Below, one piece after another: positions 23,551 to 37,989 of a DNA stretch of 64,000 nucleotides. Origin of the DNA: Octopus sinensis. Its lineage: Eukaryota. A model generated the notes under the pieces. That model was not told the DNA's origin, ran no database searches, and worked only from the letters and a program-made list of their open reading frames with translations. Position 1 is the first letter of the stretch. Each line of letters starts with the position of its first letter. The position numbers and the translations under genes are program-made. The stretch covers positions 31,744,001 to 31,808,000 of the forward strand of contig NC_042999.1 in assembly GCF_006345805.1 (NCBI RefSeq), written 5' to 3'.

Positions 23551-24027
23551 GGTATGTGAAAGTGTAGACCTGCAATATGCATACACGTACCCATTCACAA
23601 TCACACACCAACACACGCATACTTTATTCTTTTGTACGTATGCATTCTTGTAGCTATATTCAGATATACATGCTTGCGTATGTTTACATTAATATACATG
23701 CATGTGTATCCTCGGTATATACATGCTCGCACACATCTGTAAATTTTCAATAACTGACAAGTATATACACAATTAATAAATATATGTTATATATAGAATT
23801 TTTGCTTATATTTCATATAGAAGATTATAATATCCGAAATTCCGAACTCAGGAACAAAATAGATTTATTGAATATTAAAAAAGGTAATTTCATCCGCAGG
23901 CCATAATGCACAATGATGTTTGGTATAGGGATAATTAAATTTAAGTCATCGCATTATTTCGTTCAACAAAGTTATTATTTTCATCTATATTTCCTGCAGA
24001 ATTATTTCGGGATAACTCTTCTGTACG

Positions 24028-24090
<63 letters not shown>

Positions 24091-24142
24091 GACATATATA
24101 TATGTTATATATGTATATATTCATATATTCATATATTTATAC

Positions 24143-24192
<50 letters not shown>

Positions 24193-25544
24193 TATATATA
24201 CATGAGTACATATGCACATGGACAAATATATAACTATATTATGAGATCGACAAACTCAAACATGAAGATGTTTATATCTTTTCTTTCTAACACGTGATGG
24301 AATATTATATTGAGTAACATTTTATGTGTAATAGATTTAACAACTGGATGTCTGTCAGGTGATTGTAGTTATGTTATCATAAACAATTTCATATCGGCCT
24401 ACAGACACGTTTTCCTAATGTCACACTTGAATCTCTGAGTGATGCAGTGTACTTAAATATATGTTCGCTGTGCTGGCAAATTACTGTTCGGTAAGAAATA
24501 CGGAATGGAAAGTCAGAATTGGTCAATCAATAGAAAATGTTCCTCGTAGTTTTAATTATGTCCATATTCGTTATTTCTTCAATCTTGTTCGTGTTGACTT
24601 CATATTTCATCGTTAGGATTGATAAACCGAAATACAATTCAAATTGTGGGTGATGTAATCGATTAAGCTCTTACTTTTAAATATGATATTGTATAATAAT
24701 AAAAAAAAATCAATATCTAGCTGGGAATGTCAATCATTAATAGAACTTTATGTATAATTAACGACTGAACATTCTCCATTATGGGCGTCAGTGTGAAACT
24801 ATGCTTCATTAGGATGAAATTGCCACATATACACATATTTCAAGCAGCATTCTACTTTTTATATTATTATGCGTTTTGTATATTTTTATACTGGAAAATT
24901 TACACTTATACACAAAAGAAGATACATATACAAACATACACTGAAGGTACAGAGACACAGCCACATAAACAAAAATACTCATGTGTATGATATGCTGTTT
25001 TACGTCGTTACTTGTTTCTCAGCAAATAAGTAACAGTGGATCTCAAAAGCAGAACCAATGCTACGTTGGATTTCAAACCACCATCACATAATTCATATGT
25101 GATTATTTATGAAATAACGAATGGGAAAATGTCTGCGTATATGGTTTGTGTACTTGAATGTATACAATTTATACAATTATGTGTGAAATATAATGTCGGA
25201 CATGTGGGTATTTATGATAGTCTTATTTGTTTGTATTCTTCCCTCAAGGAAGGAGCAGCTCCTCCAAAAGGAACAAAGCGCTATCACTAGAATTGGAATA
25301 GCAATGATAAGAGCTGAAAATGAGAATTTTGCTTCTTTGTATAGTTCGCTTATGTATTGTAAGAGCAAAACGCCCCCTTTCCAATGGACGGTGCTGAGTT
25401 GTCAAACATTTAAACCAAATTTTCTCAAGGCAACTTGTTCGACCGTCCCATAGGCCTCCTCTTTGAGAAACACTGATTTAACTTAAATTTGAGATATCAG
25501 CAAAAGAAGAAATAAAGATAGATATTTTTCTATTTCCCCAAAAA

Positions 25545-25730
25545 AACATCGATTTTATTCACTTTATCGATCGCATTCTCACCTGGAATCGGTTTTTGTA
25601 ATTTTTTCAAGAATTATAAACGCCCTGATACCGTCGGTATCTACATATCAAATTTGAGCGGAATCGGACGGAGGATGTCCGAGATCCTAGAAGACACGCA
25701 CACAGACAGAACGGATTTCATATAATAGAT
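25545..25730 (-). mobile_element. Helitron-type non-autonomous (DINE/HINE-like) 5' end
   Basis: Minus strand starts A|TCTATTATATGAAATCCGTTCTGTCTGTGTG...TCCGTCCGATTCCGCTCAAATTTG; same architecture as 30300-30396. Confidence 0.6.
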
Positions 25731-28118
25731 GTGTAAAACATTTGTTAGCCTCTAGTAATTTTCTATGCCTGAAAATCCCAGTAATTTACAGATTGTTACT
25801 TAAAGGCTTACTAACATACGCAAATGAACAGTTAATTATTAGTATAGATATTGAAGTTACATTCCAGATAGAAACGTTCTGAAGAAAATATTCATGCTGC
25901 CGGTGTCAACGTGATTTACCTCTTTTGTCTCAGATAACTTTATCAGATCCGTCAATCTTTAAAGTTTATACTTGACACGTAAATGCGAAACGGTAGGAGG
26001 GACACTTAAAGTCAAAACTACTAATATATTCTGGTTGCTTTGACTTTGGCTTTAAGAGTTCCTCCTAGCGTGTGTCATTATCTATAGAAATGACCACTAT
26101 ATAATATAAATAAATATATCTAACTGAAAAAAGTTGTTAGATGTTTTCTCTTATGATGTTTTTCACGCTAAGTACTTGATAAATTGTTATAAAGATTTTA
26201 TCCTATTTTTAAATTGTATATACACTTCAGAATATATAAATGTAAATATGCATATATGTATTTAAATATGCACTTAGGTATGCATATACGTGTATTCACG
26301 AAATTGTGAAACATACATGAATGCACCAACCCGGTAGGGCGTCTTTAAGCTATTCTTTATGGAGGGTTTTTCATTGGGCTTAACAATGATAATTCACGCA
26401 CTGAGTATGAATTAAATTTTATTAAACTTGATCAATATTTTTATCAGGCAGTGAACAATTTTTCCTGAAAGCAATGATACAATTTGTCGACTTGGAACTT
26501 ATTGCAAAACTGCATGATAAACAACATTTTTGTCTTCCCATTGAGGGGTCAGTGCAAATTTTTTCTGTCTAACCTATTTCTTTCTCTCTCTCTTTCTGTT
26601 GATTCTTTTCAGCCATCGCCTTCACCAGTAGCACCTCCATCGCCACCACAACTGCCATACACACACTAGTCAGACTTCTGACGCCACCATCCATAACTTT
26701 GACTTCCACCACAGTCACTACTGTTACGGCGCTTACTATCAGCATTGTCCCTGACTGGTTCAGTTACCACCACCACCACCACCATCACCACTATCATCAT
26801 CACCGTCGCCTCCGTCTCTATGATAACTACAGCTCATACTGTTACTAGCAACCCATTACTATCACAGATGTCAATCTACTACCGTCTCTATGCCTGCTAT
26901 TTCTCTCTCACCCCAGCATGAGGAATAGTAGGAGTGTCAATGAACAGTGACACACTGACACACATAAATTAGTTTTCGCATTTATTATATCAGATGTATT
27001 CGTTGATGTATTAGGCATGTATATATGCATTTGTATATCTAAGTTTGTATGAATATCTTTATATATCCATATTGGTGCGTGCATGCATGCACATTTGTCA
27101 GAGGTTTCCAATTAAGATTTGGTTTAAATATTTGTAAACATAGATAAAGAGATGTAGATATACATATCTGTGTAAGTTTACATTACGCATTTCATAATTA
27201 TATTATTCCCTGTATATTTACAAAGCTGCATTAACATATATCAATTGCAGATTTCTAATTTCTTGTTTCCAGTACTTCAAGATTTATAACGAAAGCTGTA
27301 TATAGCTTCAATGATTGTGTGATATATGTGAATTATAAGGCAGATGCAGCTGAGGTAATTTCCTTGTTATTCGTAATAGAAACCTTTCTTGTACCATCTG
27401 CGACAAATATCTACGTCTTCACGTCCAAAAATTTCTACTACTCTGCACAATTCATTTCCTCGTTCCAGTTAATTAAGACTCTTGTGCATATAGAAGTTTG
27501 AAAAGAAATATTCCAATATATCATAGGTGAATATATATTCCCTTTAATATAAATTGGTATAATTTGATCTTCCAGTATGTCATGTTGGCCAATTATATTA
27601 TTAAGAATATTTCAATGTAATTTACATGTTATGCGAAGATATTTTAACGACAATATTTTCCAACAACTTCTTATACAGAGGGTTACATATTTGTTACTTT
27701 ACCTCATTAAAATTTGCCATAAAATATTTACAAAAAGTAGCTTGCGGGTTGCTACTAATGACATATAGATGATAGGCTATTATACATGTAGCTACTACCT
27801 AAGTGGAGCGTTAGTATTGGCCATAATACAAACAGATAATATGTATTTCAGGGCACACGCACATAAACCACATCATGTATATCCATTCATGCGCATAGGT
27901 GTATATATAATTACATGTATACGCATAGATCTGCAGAAGCATATATATATATATACATATATATCCACTCATAGATTAATACAAATGTTCATATAAGTAG
28001 ATCTATCTATCTCACTTCCCCCTCTCTCTATATATATACGTAGATATACACATACATTTATATATTGGTACATACATATACAGATGTATATATACACTAA
28101 TGTATATATATATATATG

Positions 28119-28437
28119 AGGGCGCGTGGCTTAGTGGTTAGGGCATTCGGCTCATGATCGTAAGGTTGTGAGTTCGATTCCCGGCGACGCGTTGTGTCCT
28201 TGACCAAGACACTTTATTTCACGTTGCTCCAGTCCACTCAGCTGGCAAAAATGCGTTGTACTTGTATTTCAAAGGGTCAGCCTTGTCACTCTCTGTGTCA
28301 CGCTGATTATCCCCGAGAACTATGTTAAGGGTACACGTGTCTGTGGAATGCTCAGCCATTTGCACGTTAATTTCACGAGCAAGCTGTTCCGTTGATCGTA
28401 TCAGCTGGGACCCTCGTTGTCGTAACCGGCGGAGTCT
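28119..28437 (+). mobile_element. tRNA-headed SINE, well preserved
   Basis: A box TGGCTTAGTGG, B box GAGTTCGATTCC, then gtgtccttgaccaagacactttatttcacgttgctccagtccactcagctg; second copy at 52765-53042. Confidence 0.9.
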
Positions 28438-28819
28438 TTTTTTAAATATATATATATATATATATTCTAGCAGAAATACCCGCCGTTATTCGGGATTAAT
28501 ATGGCATAGTTTGTGTATATATTAGTTGTGTTGCCACAGGGGATACGAGAAAGTGCAGAATTATCAAGAGAACATTTATAGAATAAATGTTGTGCTAAAT
28601 TGACTAAGCTACATATCATGTGTCCTTTGAGAATATTCTGGGCCCTAACCAGTAATGGAAAATCGAAGATGGGGGCTATGTGATTTTTAAACGCTCTGAA
28701 AATCTGTCACTGGATATACTCTCCTTTGCGGCGGTCAGCGCAGCGTCTAGCCCTAACAATCATCTGAAATTTTGACACTTCCGTCGGGTGTGTTGTCTTA
28801 CAGCACTCATAAAATGAAT

Positions 28820-29281
28820 TTAAAGTAACTGTAGTTGTTCATTTGTGGGTAACGGAAAAGCAATGAGGTGATAGACAAGCCCTTGAACTTTCAACGTTGG
28901 CTTAAATCGATGTTCAACTTTCTCCTTAGATGCTCTAAAATATGTCATTTTAAATGCAGAGGTGTATTGTCTGATATTGTTCAGATGATTCTTTGACTGG
29001 ATGGAAGAACCTTCCAGAAGATCGATAAGAAGTTGAGGAGGAGCTGTTAGTTTTGGCAATGTTGCTTTACAAACTGAGCGGAACATACCATTAGTTTGAT
29101 TTGGAAACTCTAAAGCTTTGCAGAAACGACAATTTAGATTTAGCTCGCCAATTTGGACGAAATAATCATTTTTATAAGAATGGGATGCATCATATCTCAA
29201 AGCAGCTCTTGCAGTTGTGGAGAACGAATTTGGGCGTAATCTGATTCTGAAGGTTGTTCTATTGAGCGTCTGTCTAATCAA
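28820..29281 (-). pseudogene. Helitron RepHel N-terminal region relic
   Basis: CRFCKALEFPNQTNGM..CKATLPKLTAPPQLLIDLLEG..SKNHLNNIRQYTSAFKMT..FKPTLKVQGLVYHLI matches the Helitron-like N-terminal consensus pattern. Confidence 0.85.
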
Positions 29282-29399
29282 TTAAAATATTGTTTAAATG
29301 ATTCAGCATAAAGTCCCGCTGCATGCCTTTACTGATCTTGGATCAGATTTCATTTGATATAGTGCCGCCTGCACTTGATGATCTTGGGTAAGTCTCATC

Positions 29400-30190
29400 T
29401 ACATTCTCCCCTGAGACCCTATTTGATGCGCTGCACCATGCCTTTGCTGATTCTGAGAAAGTCTGATCTCCTTTCTCTTTTGAGACCCCATTTCACGTGA
29501 TGCAGTATGCGTTCGCTGTTGCTGAGAAAGTTTCATCTCCTTCTCTCTTAAGACAGCATTTGACGTGCGACAGCCTGAAGTTGCTGATATTGAGAAAGTA
29601 TCACCTCTCTTCTCTCTTGACATCTCCCTTCTCTCTTGAGATCACATTAGACGTGTTGCAGCATGCATTTGCTGATATTGAAAAAGTTTCACCTCCCTTC
29701 TGTATTGAGGCTCTATCTGATGTGCTGCAGGATGCATTTGGTAATCTTGAGGGAGTCTCATCTCCCTTCTCTCTTGAGAATACATCTGACATGCTGTAGC
29801 ATGCACTTGCTGATTTTGAGAAAGTCACGTCACCCTTCTCTCTTGTGACTTAACTTGGCATGTTGCAGCATGCATTTGCTGATCGTGGGAAAGTCTCATC
29901 TCCCTTTTGTATTGAGAATCCATCTGGCGTGCTGTAGTAATCCACTGGTGACCTTGAGAAAGCCTCAGTGGGCTTCTCTCTTAAGACTCCATTTTTTGTG
30001 CTGTAATATGCATTTGGTGATCTTGAGAAACTACTATTACCCATTTGCATTTAGACCTCGCTTGGTGTGCTGAAGCAAGCAATTTGTGATATTTGTACAA
30101 TCTCAGACTTCTTCTCTCTTGACATTCCATTTTCATGTGTTGCATTTGCTGATCCTCGGAAAGTCTCATCTTTCTTCTGTATTAGGAACA
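29400..30190 (-). repeat. ~69-bp tandem repeat, about 11 units, encoding 23-aa R/E/Q-rich repeats of the Helitron protein
   Basis: GAGAAAG-like anchor recurs at 29455, 29524, 29592, 29680, 29749, 29818, 29887, 29956, 30025. Confidence 0.85.
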
Positions 30191-30490
30191 CATTTGATGT
30201 GCATTTTGTATACTTATTACCGACCAGTGCCTATGTTATATTGTTTTAGTCCAAATGACATGAAATTACATGTTAACAGTCACAGTTCCTGATATTATTA
30301 CCTTGTGAAGTTTGATACGATTTAATCGAGCCGTTTGGGCCTGCATATAGAACAGACAGACAGAGAGGTAAAACTTTTATATAAATATAAATATGAGGTT
30401 TTGTAAAGAAACAGATAGTTCTTTCGAGGCATGTTTTACATCCAAGCTTCCTCTGGTTATTCTATATATCAGTAAATTTACTTCTGAAAT

Positions 30491-30534
<44 letters not shown>

Positions 30535-32834
30535 TTCATGTGTGTGAGCGTGTGTGTTTGTGTCTCTGTGTGTATCTTAAAAAATAGATTCATGACGGTC
30601 GAAATCATGACATCGTACTGTCGACCTTTCAAGAAACTTCAATTTCTCAGTGAATCATATATATTAAACAGACGATCAACTCAAATAATATAGCATAGTT
30701 ATAGGACTATCTATTTATCTACAACAAAATGACGATCATATAGCTGTGGCTCAGGTGATTCAAATCATGATGGCGTCTTCGTTTTAGTCTTTTGATTATG
30801 ATTAATGACGAAGCAAATTACAACAAAATTCTTACCAGTAAATTACCATTGCGTTTACCCTCTATCACATTACCGTTAAGACCTCAAGTAGTGATTGAAG
30901 AGGATAAAAACCAGCAGAAATCCTGGGTAGCAATAAACAGTAAATGACAAGCTATGTGGTCAAACCATCTCAACTATTACAGAACTTCTTGTATTAGAAT
31001 GTCATGGGAATGATGTTAGTAAATGATAAAGGTCAAATATACGTTATACTTAAACCTGTCAATCTCTGTCTATCAAGTGCAACGTTTTTGAGACATGTTC
31101 AAGATACAACTCTGTCTTCACTGCTATGAAAAAATACCTGTACAAATCTAGAAGAAATCAACCAAAGAAAAAATGTAACTTGAATTTGTCTGGAAAAAAT
31201 CTGCATAATTATAAAATTAAAATCTTCTGAGAAGAAAGAATGTGGATTAACCGAAGAAATTATTGACATCTGATGTTATTGGAGTGGTGAGGTAAGAATA
31301 AAATTGTATTATTGGTGCAAAGCTGAGAATGAGAATTAAATCATTAACTACATTGATTAAATTAAGTCATTATATGGAGAGATGTAACAAAAAATGAAAT
31401 ATAATAGATTGTTATTTCTTAAATACTATGTATTATTTCGTCTGTTGTCATAATGTTGCTAGCTGATTGAGATTACAGGGCTGATATCGAAAGAAATGAT
31501 TAGCAGATGACGTTAATGAGTAACACAAAGATATATCACATCATCGCCTCTAATTATACATCTAGCATCTATACAATTAATTCGATTTCTTTTGAAGAAT
31601 TCGATGAATTTAATGTGTAATTAATTACTGGAACACAGAATGTTTCTTTTTTGAGTGTGTAAAAGAAGACTTCAATAATGTTATAATTAAGTGATTTCAG
31701 ATCACATGGAACACAAAAGTATTCTTCACTTTTTCTTAATTCTATTAGATAGTGGGCTGAGAGGGAAGTCCAATGAATCAATACTTGGTTCTCTACACAT
31801 ATGTGAGAGAATGTGTCTGGCGGTGTTGTGCGATCGACCTTCGACATATTTCTATTCACGGCCGGCTCTTGTTTCCATAGTTTGCATTCGATAGCACGTT
31901 TTAAAGTAATCTCCATGTAGATCTACGATAGATGATAGAGATGTGTAGTTTCACACAAAATTTGACTACAGTAGTTCAACCAGACTTCAATTTATCTATT
32001 TTTGTGAGTTTAAATTAAACTTCTCCGTCACCTGCCCGCTTTTGTAAAATGTCTAGTTCTATAATTGAACCGAACTTACGCAGTGACTTACATATTTTAG
32101 TTTTATTGATGAATAGCCTGGATTCGCGAGAGATATATGTTTATAATGTTTAGTACATTTATTATGAATAAAAAACAATAGAAGAGTAAAGACCAAACAA
32201 ATACATAACATGTATTCAATATAATGAAACAGCTGCATATATACGTGGGGGAATCACGTGCTTTGCGAAAAGGAAATAACGGTTGAAGCATTTTTCATAT
32301 TTGTACATATTTTTCTTCAACTATCATATTGCAGAAAATTTCACATTAAATTCTGTCTATATATCTTTGGTTGCTATGGTAATTACACACACTTGTTAAA
32401 CTTTAGTGCGGTAAATATTACACATCTGCAGTGCAATACTGTAGTTGTATTCTTTACTACGTTTTGGTTGAAGTAGATGTCCCCGGTTTACTTGCATCAA
32501 TAATGAAATCAGCGCATGGGTTCATTAGGCGAAATAGTAAAATCCGTCGGTATTTTGATGTTTAGAAGATCATACCTCTCTGGACGAAAATAGTTAATCT
32601 GCTTTTAGTATACCGTATTTGTTCATAATACAGGATTAACAGCTTGAATTTTGTGTGTCATAAGTAGTAGGTGTTATCAAAATATTCAGATTTATCGCAG
32701 AACAGTGGCTAAATTTGTATATCAAATGTCTGTGAAATGCTTCATTATCATTATAGGCAAATTATTACAGAAATTTTGCTCATTAGCCATATTATATTAT
32801 ATAGTAAGTGTCTGAAGAGGCAGAAAACATTATA

Positions 32835-32839
<5 letters not shown>

Positions 32840-32916
<77 letters not shown>

Positions 32917-32943
32917 GTAAAGATAATAATGATAATGATGATA

Positions 32944-32978
<35 letters not shown>

Positions 32979-33046
32979 AATAATGATGATGATAATAAAT
33001 AATAATAATAATGATAATAAAAATAATAATAATAATAATAATAATG

Positions 33047-33082
<36 letters not shown>

Positions 33083-33165
33083 TAATAATAATGATGATGA
33101 TAATAATAATAATAATATGATAATAATAATAATAATGATAATAATAATAATAATAATAATAATAT
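32840..33165. repeat. (AAT)n/(GAT)n microsatellite
   Basis: Direct reading. Confidence 0.95.
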
Positions 33166-33694
33166 ATGCCCTGATGCAGTACCAGGCAGTGGCTCTCATG
33201 GCTTCTGATCTTAACTGATTGGAAGTGTTATCATGTACATTGTTTTGTCTTGGTATAAAAGATGGGCTACAGCAAATATTCTGCTCAATACCACAGATTT
33301 GCTTGTCAGTTGTTTGACCTTAACCAGTTGAGCATGTCCTTAGTGGCTGACGATATGTGCATCTCTGATCACGAGCAGAAGTAGTGGGGGAGCATCATAG
33401 CCATGTGTTGAGAGGGATTGTTTGGGGTTTGAATAGTTCACCTCTGGAAACATGGGTGTTCCTTTCAACATCCTTAAACAACACTTATTCAGGGACCGTT
33501 TGAGCGGGATGGGCTACTCGACCAGAAGAAAATTCTAACTGGGCCCCACCTGCAAGGTCATGTGCTGTTTATCTTGATATGAGATCACCATGTCACGCAC
33601 ATATGGTTGTGATGCATGTGCCTGGTGTACCTTTATCAGACGGGTAGTCATGATGGGTATATTGGGCTTCGTATATTTTACCCCAGTGTCACTT
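33166..33694 (+). mobile_element. ~550-nt element, best-preserved copy, lacking the last ~26 nt
   Basis: Begins (AAT)n|ATGCCCTGATGCAGTACCAGGCAG; ends CCCCAGTGTCACTT where Gypsy-like sequence starts. Confidence 0.9.
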
Positions 33695-34800
33695 CCCGTT
33701 TCTAATTACATTCTGACACGAATATTTTCAATTTTCGCATTCACGAAGTTTCTGTTTGTTGTAGTCACAAATTTTCCTCTTGACAAACTATCTACTTTTT
33801 CTTGTTTGTTCTATTTTCCTATCATTCTAACTTTGCAGTTTGATTTTATATTTAGACCCCTAGCGAAAACTCTTTGCTTTTTTTATACGGACTGTCTTGC
33901 TTCAGGTGAAACCGACCACATGCCATACATGGATCTATATCCCGTTATTATTTTTTCTTCTTGCAACACTTTATTTGTCTTCCGACTTTATATGTGGTTA
34001 TATGTGGAAACAATTTCCGTCGAATTTCTTCAGTATTAAGCCTTAATTTTATTATCGAGTGACATTTTTCCGACATTTTCTACAATTTCAAATCCTGCTT
34101 CATTTCTTGTTTTGATAGAATTTTCGTTCGGATTTCTGCATCCATTCGGTCTGTCAATCCTTGTGTGAAAATTAAACACATGAAAGATCCTGGAGTAAGC
34201 ATATCTAATCTAAAATCTCACATTCTTTGTACACATTCCGTGTATGTAAGTAGTGAAGTTTTTCTCTTAGCGCTTTTCTATATATAATAATTTCAATCTA
34301 GTATTAAACTTTTTACACCAAATGTCAACAGTCTCGGTAGAATTTACGTCGAGTGTTTTGTTTTGGCAATATGAAGTTACTATCCAAGTTTTCTGAATAC
34401 TAGAGGCGTTTTCATTTCGTCCGTCCCATTCTCACAGTTTTTTTTTCAAAACTTTCTTGAAATCTTCGAAAGAAAGCTTCGAATGTTACTCCTTCTTCAG
34501 GGTCATATTTGAATTCGCTTATGGAATTTGCTACATGTTCAGGTGAAAATATATTATCCGGTATGGTTATCAACCTCATTAGTTGCAGCATTTTCTGCTG
34601 CAATCCTTGTTGATCTCGTTGTTCCATGAATTGTTGTTGTTGCTGTTTTTGCAACTCGACTATCTCAGCTAACAAGTCTTCTGTAATTTACGATTTTTGT
34701 ACGTTTGCACAAGATTTTTGCTTCTTTTTTTTTTGTCCGGGTATTTACTTTTCCACGTGAATGAGTTTAAACTCTCCGTGTCAATGACATCTTTGGGTTT
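33695..34800 (-). mobile_element. Decayed Gypsy-type LTR retrotransposon gag fragment
   Basis: NSISEFKYDPEEGVTFEAFFRRF; FMCLIFTQGLTDRMDAEIRTKIL; PCMACGRFHLKQD zinc-knuckle relic. Confidence 0.75.
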
Positions 34801-34808
34801 GTCTAATA

Positions 34809-35156
34809 CAGGGGTTTTCAACCATCTGCTATCTATGAACCCCTTTGATTACTACTTTATTCTTTTGGAACCCATAACAATTTGATGTTTAGAAACTAGT
34901 TGTATTGATGCTACTATCAAAATTCCAACTTTGCTTTTCACACATTAACTTCAGTAGTCTGAGCTATGAAAAATGTTAGTGAAAGAAATTTAGCTGTGTC
35001 TTGCTATATATTCCAATATAATTATCTAATGCAAAAAGTTTTACTGGGGTTCTTAAAACACTGTTGTGAATCCGCAATTTACTATTTTGCTGCGTGGACA
35101 CATCGCAATCTTATTTGGTCCACAAGGGCCATATGCACACCGGTTGAGAACCACTG
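34809..35156. mobile_element. hAT MITE
   Basis: TIRs caggggttttcaacc / ggttgagaaccactg; 8-bp TSD gtcTAata / gtgTAata (7/8, central TA as in Buster-type elements). Confidence 0.85.
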
Positions 35157-36411
35157 GTGTAATACAATGAATACTTAATTCCCATGAGATGAATTTTGTG
35201 GGGTCCTTTCCCTTCAACACTTCTACGACAATGTGTTTTTGTAGACACACGAACGCACCAGCACACACTTACATAAGGCGTGTATAAATGAATGGCATTT
35301 GTTTATCCTAAACAATATATAACTGGCATTATTGTGACGAATCTTATCATTGATCATTTCCGCTTTGAACATTGTCATATTGTTAGATGGCACTTCATTC
35401 CCTTAAAATCGAAGCCGAAAATTAAAATGGAGAATAATTCCATTGATAAGTAATATTTATATTAATTATGTATATCAATTTGACGATGGGATGTATCTAT
35501 TTACTTTTGTGTCATGAAGTACAGATAAAGTTGATTGCGTTAATCATTCATCTATTGGAAACTGTATATGTGAAAATGTGTCTGTGTATGTGGTTTCTTT
35601 GGTTTGTTCTAGAATGACAGAAATGTGAAATAGACAGTGCGCAGGGAGTACAAAATATTACAGAAATATCGATCTTATCATAGATGAAAGAGTATAAATG
35701 ATTTAATTGAAATGAATACATATATTGATAAATAAGTAGACGCAGAAATATAGATTATGGTATGTCGGAAATGAAAAAATAGAAACAATAATATAGGCTA
35801 TGATATTAGCTATGATATATTGGGGAACTCAATGATCCAGAAAGATCCTAGAACTAGAGGTACAAATGTACGCTATGTTATAGTCTACGCTGTGCGAACC
35901 CCCGATGCAGACAAAATTATGTGCCCATAACAATTTCGACACCAAACGACTGTGTAGCATTTATTTGCAAATTGTCAAATATATCTGTATGTGTAACAGA
36001 TGACCATCCCAGACCTGAAAGAAATACTTCATTTTGGATTCATCTGATATTTATAGTCTGCCAATAGCTGTTTGTCGAGGTTTGATGGCAGATGGGCTGA
36101 TGGACTAATGCACCTACTGACCTGAAAAGCAAAAAAATATAAATGCATGCATCTATTTATATATGACTCGTATTCTTTTATATACAACAATCATTGAACT
36201 ATGGCCTGACTAGCGCATCATTCGGTTGATGAAATGAAAAACAGTACTTAATTCAAATGTTCTTATTCCATTATGTGCTTTCTACGGAATACTCAAGCAT
36301 ACTGGCTCGTAAAATGTGGACAAAGAAAACCAACTGTTAAGTGCTCAAAGACAACCTTTTGCGCGCGCTCAGTATGTATGTATATATATATATATATATT
36401 ATATATATATA

Positions 36412-36490
<79 letters not shown>

Positions 36491-36507
36491 GTGTGTGTGT
36501 GTATGCG

Positions 36508-36788
36508 CAATGGCCCTGTGGTTAGGGCAGCGGACTCGCGGTCGTAGGATCGCGGTTTCGTTTTCCAGACCGGGCGTTGTGAGTGTTTATTGAGCGAAAA
36601 CACCCAAAAGCTCCACGAGGCTCCGGCAGGGGGTGGTGATCCTTGCTGTACTCTTTCCCCACTCTTTCTTCTGTTGGCCTGATCGCTTAGCCAGCGGGGT
36701 GGCGTCATTCGAAGGATAAAATAATGCGAACGCATTGTGACCAGCGATGTGTAACAACATCTGATGGTCTGGTCGGAAACGTGATCAG
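36508..36788 (+). mobile_element. tRNA-headed SINE, third family
   Basis: tggccctgtggttagggcagcggactcgcggtcgtaggatcgcggtttcg head, CpG-rich body, embedded in (AT)n. Confidence 0.75.
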
Positions 36789-37989
36789 GTGATATATATA
36801 TATATATATATATATTTGTTTCTGTGTGTGTGTGTAAGTAATGCATATATATGTGGGTGGGTTACTAGCTTGCGATTCCTAAATGATGGTGTCATCGGTG
36901 CCATAGTATTCACAATGGGATCAGTAGTGGGAGTCGTGCCGTTCATGGCGGCTGGTGAGGAATGGCGTGGTAGTAGCTTCGCCTTTGTATGGTGTTATTC
37001 GTTGATGGTGTTCTTTACATTGATGTGATCGGCGATGATATTAAATGTTTTAGTAATTTATACGAGCTACCGATCCATCTCCGATCGAATATTGATCTTC
37101 GGTTTAAGTAAGTGCTTCAATAAAATTCCTGGGATCTTTTCTGTTTGGCTGCCAAGGTTTCAAGATCTAATATTTATCGAAAGTTTTAAAAGTTGGTACA
37201 TTAATATAGTTTTCCGTTCCGAATGGCTAGAACTATTTCCCTTTTTCCAGATTTTTTAAATTTTTCTTTAAGTTATCGATGTTTAATTGTGATCATTTTC
37301 ACCTAGTCAGGAAACAGGATCTGGAAGCTGTCATTTTGTGCGTGACAGCAAATTTTGTCAATATCCTGAATATAGCACTAAAACAATACATCTTTTGTAG
37401 TTTTAAGCATTCAATATGCATTTCAAGCGACCTCCATCATATATGCGAGCTTACCGGAGCTTGCTGTCATAATCATATGGGACGGCAAAATTTCCTGGTA
37501 GGTAAATCAGTAAACACAGCGTCAACAAGTGGTTTCAATATATTTGTTATTACGTGCTGTCTCGCAGACAAAAGAGTTCTCATCTTCGATTTGTTACTAT
37601 GGAAACAAGCATGAATTGTCTGTTGCTTATCATTGGTTAACATCATCAAAAATTGTCAAACTTTAATAGATAATGACTTTCATTATTAGTCTATAGAAGT
37701 ATATTATTAAACTGAATATGAAATCAGTTCGAACGGAAATTGAAATTGGCAGACAAGCGGGAAAGATCCAATTCATGTATATGTTGATGTCTTCTTAGTT
37801 GCCAGTATAGATGCATTTAACTCTTTGGTGGTGTTGCTGCATTCAATTAAGTGCTTGGTGCCAAAATGTTGCATTTGTCAGCGACCACCATGTCAATAGC
37901 TACTAAAAGGATATACACCACCAACGTCTTCACTGACTACAGACACGGCATACACCACCACTACTGTCAAAGCCACAGCCAATTTTACA

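Larger units (their letters stand above)
28467..30396 (-). mobile_element. Internally deleted Helitron with both termini
   Basis: 5' TC at 30396 with AT-rich/(CTGT)n leader; 3' hairpin CCCG-AATAACGG-CGGG followed by CTAG at 28467-28470; Rep N-terminal relic inside. Confidence 0.8.

Noticed and set aside
25177-25453. Transmembrane-like or exon-like frames on both strands
   Set aside because: Short, no recognisable family, no consistent acceptor-donor-phase chain to other candidates
26610-26900. Mucin-like Thr/His-rich coding stretch
   Set aside because: Degenerate (CAC/CAT/ACT)n low-complexity DNA; similar tracts at 36880-37040 and 37830-37990
28119-28190. tRNA genes (also at 8100-8175, 36508-36570, 52990-53040)
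   Set aside because: A/B boxes are present but acceptor and T stems do not pair and SINE bodies or tails follow
29400-30190. 69-bp repeat array as CRISPR-like
   Set aside because: Units are contiguous and diverged with no unique spacers; they are coding repeats within a Helitron in a eukaryotic context
31569-31916. 115-aa minus-strand ORF
   Set aside because: No motif recognised, no clear splice boundaries, length within chance expectation
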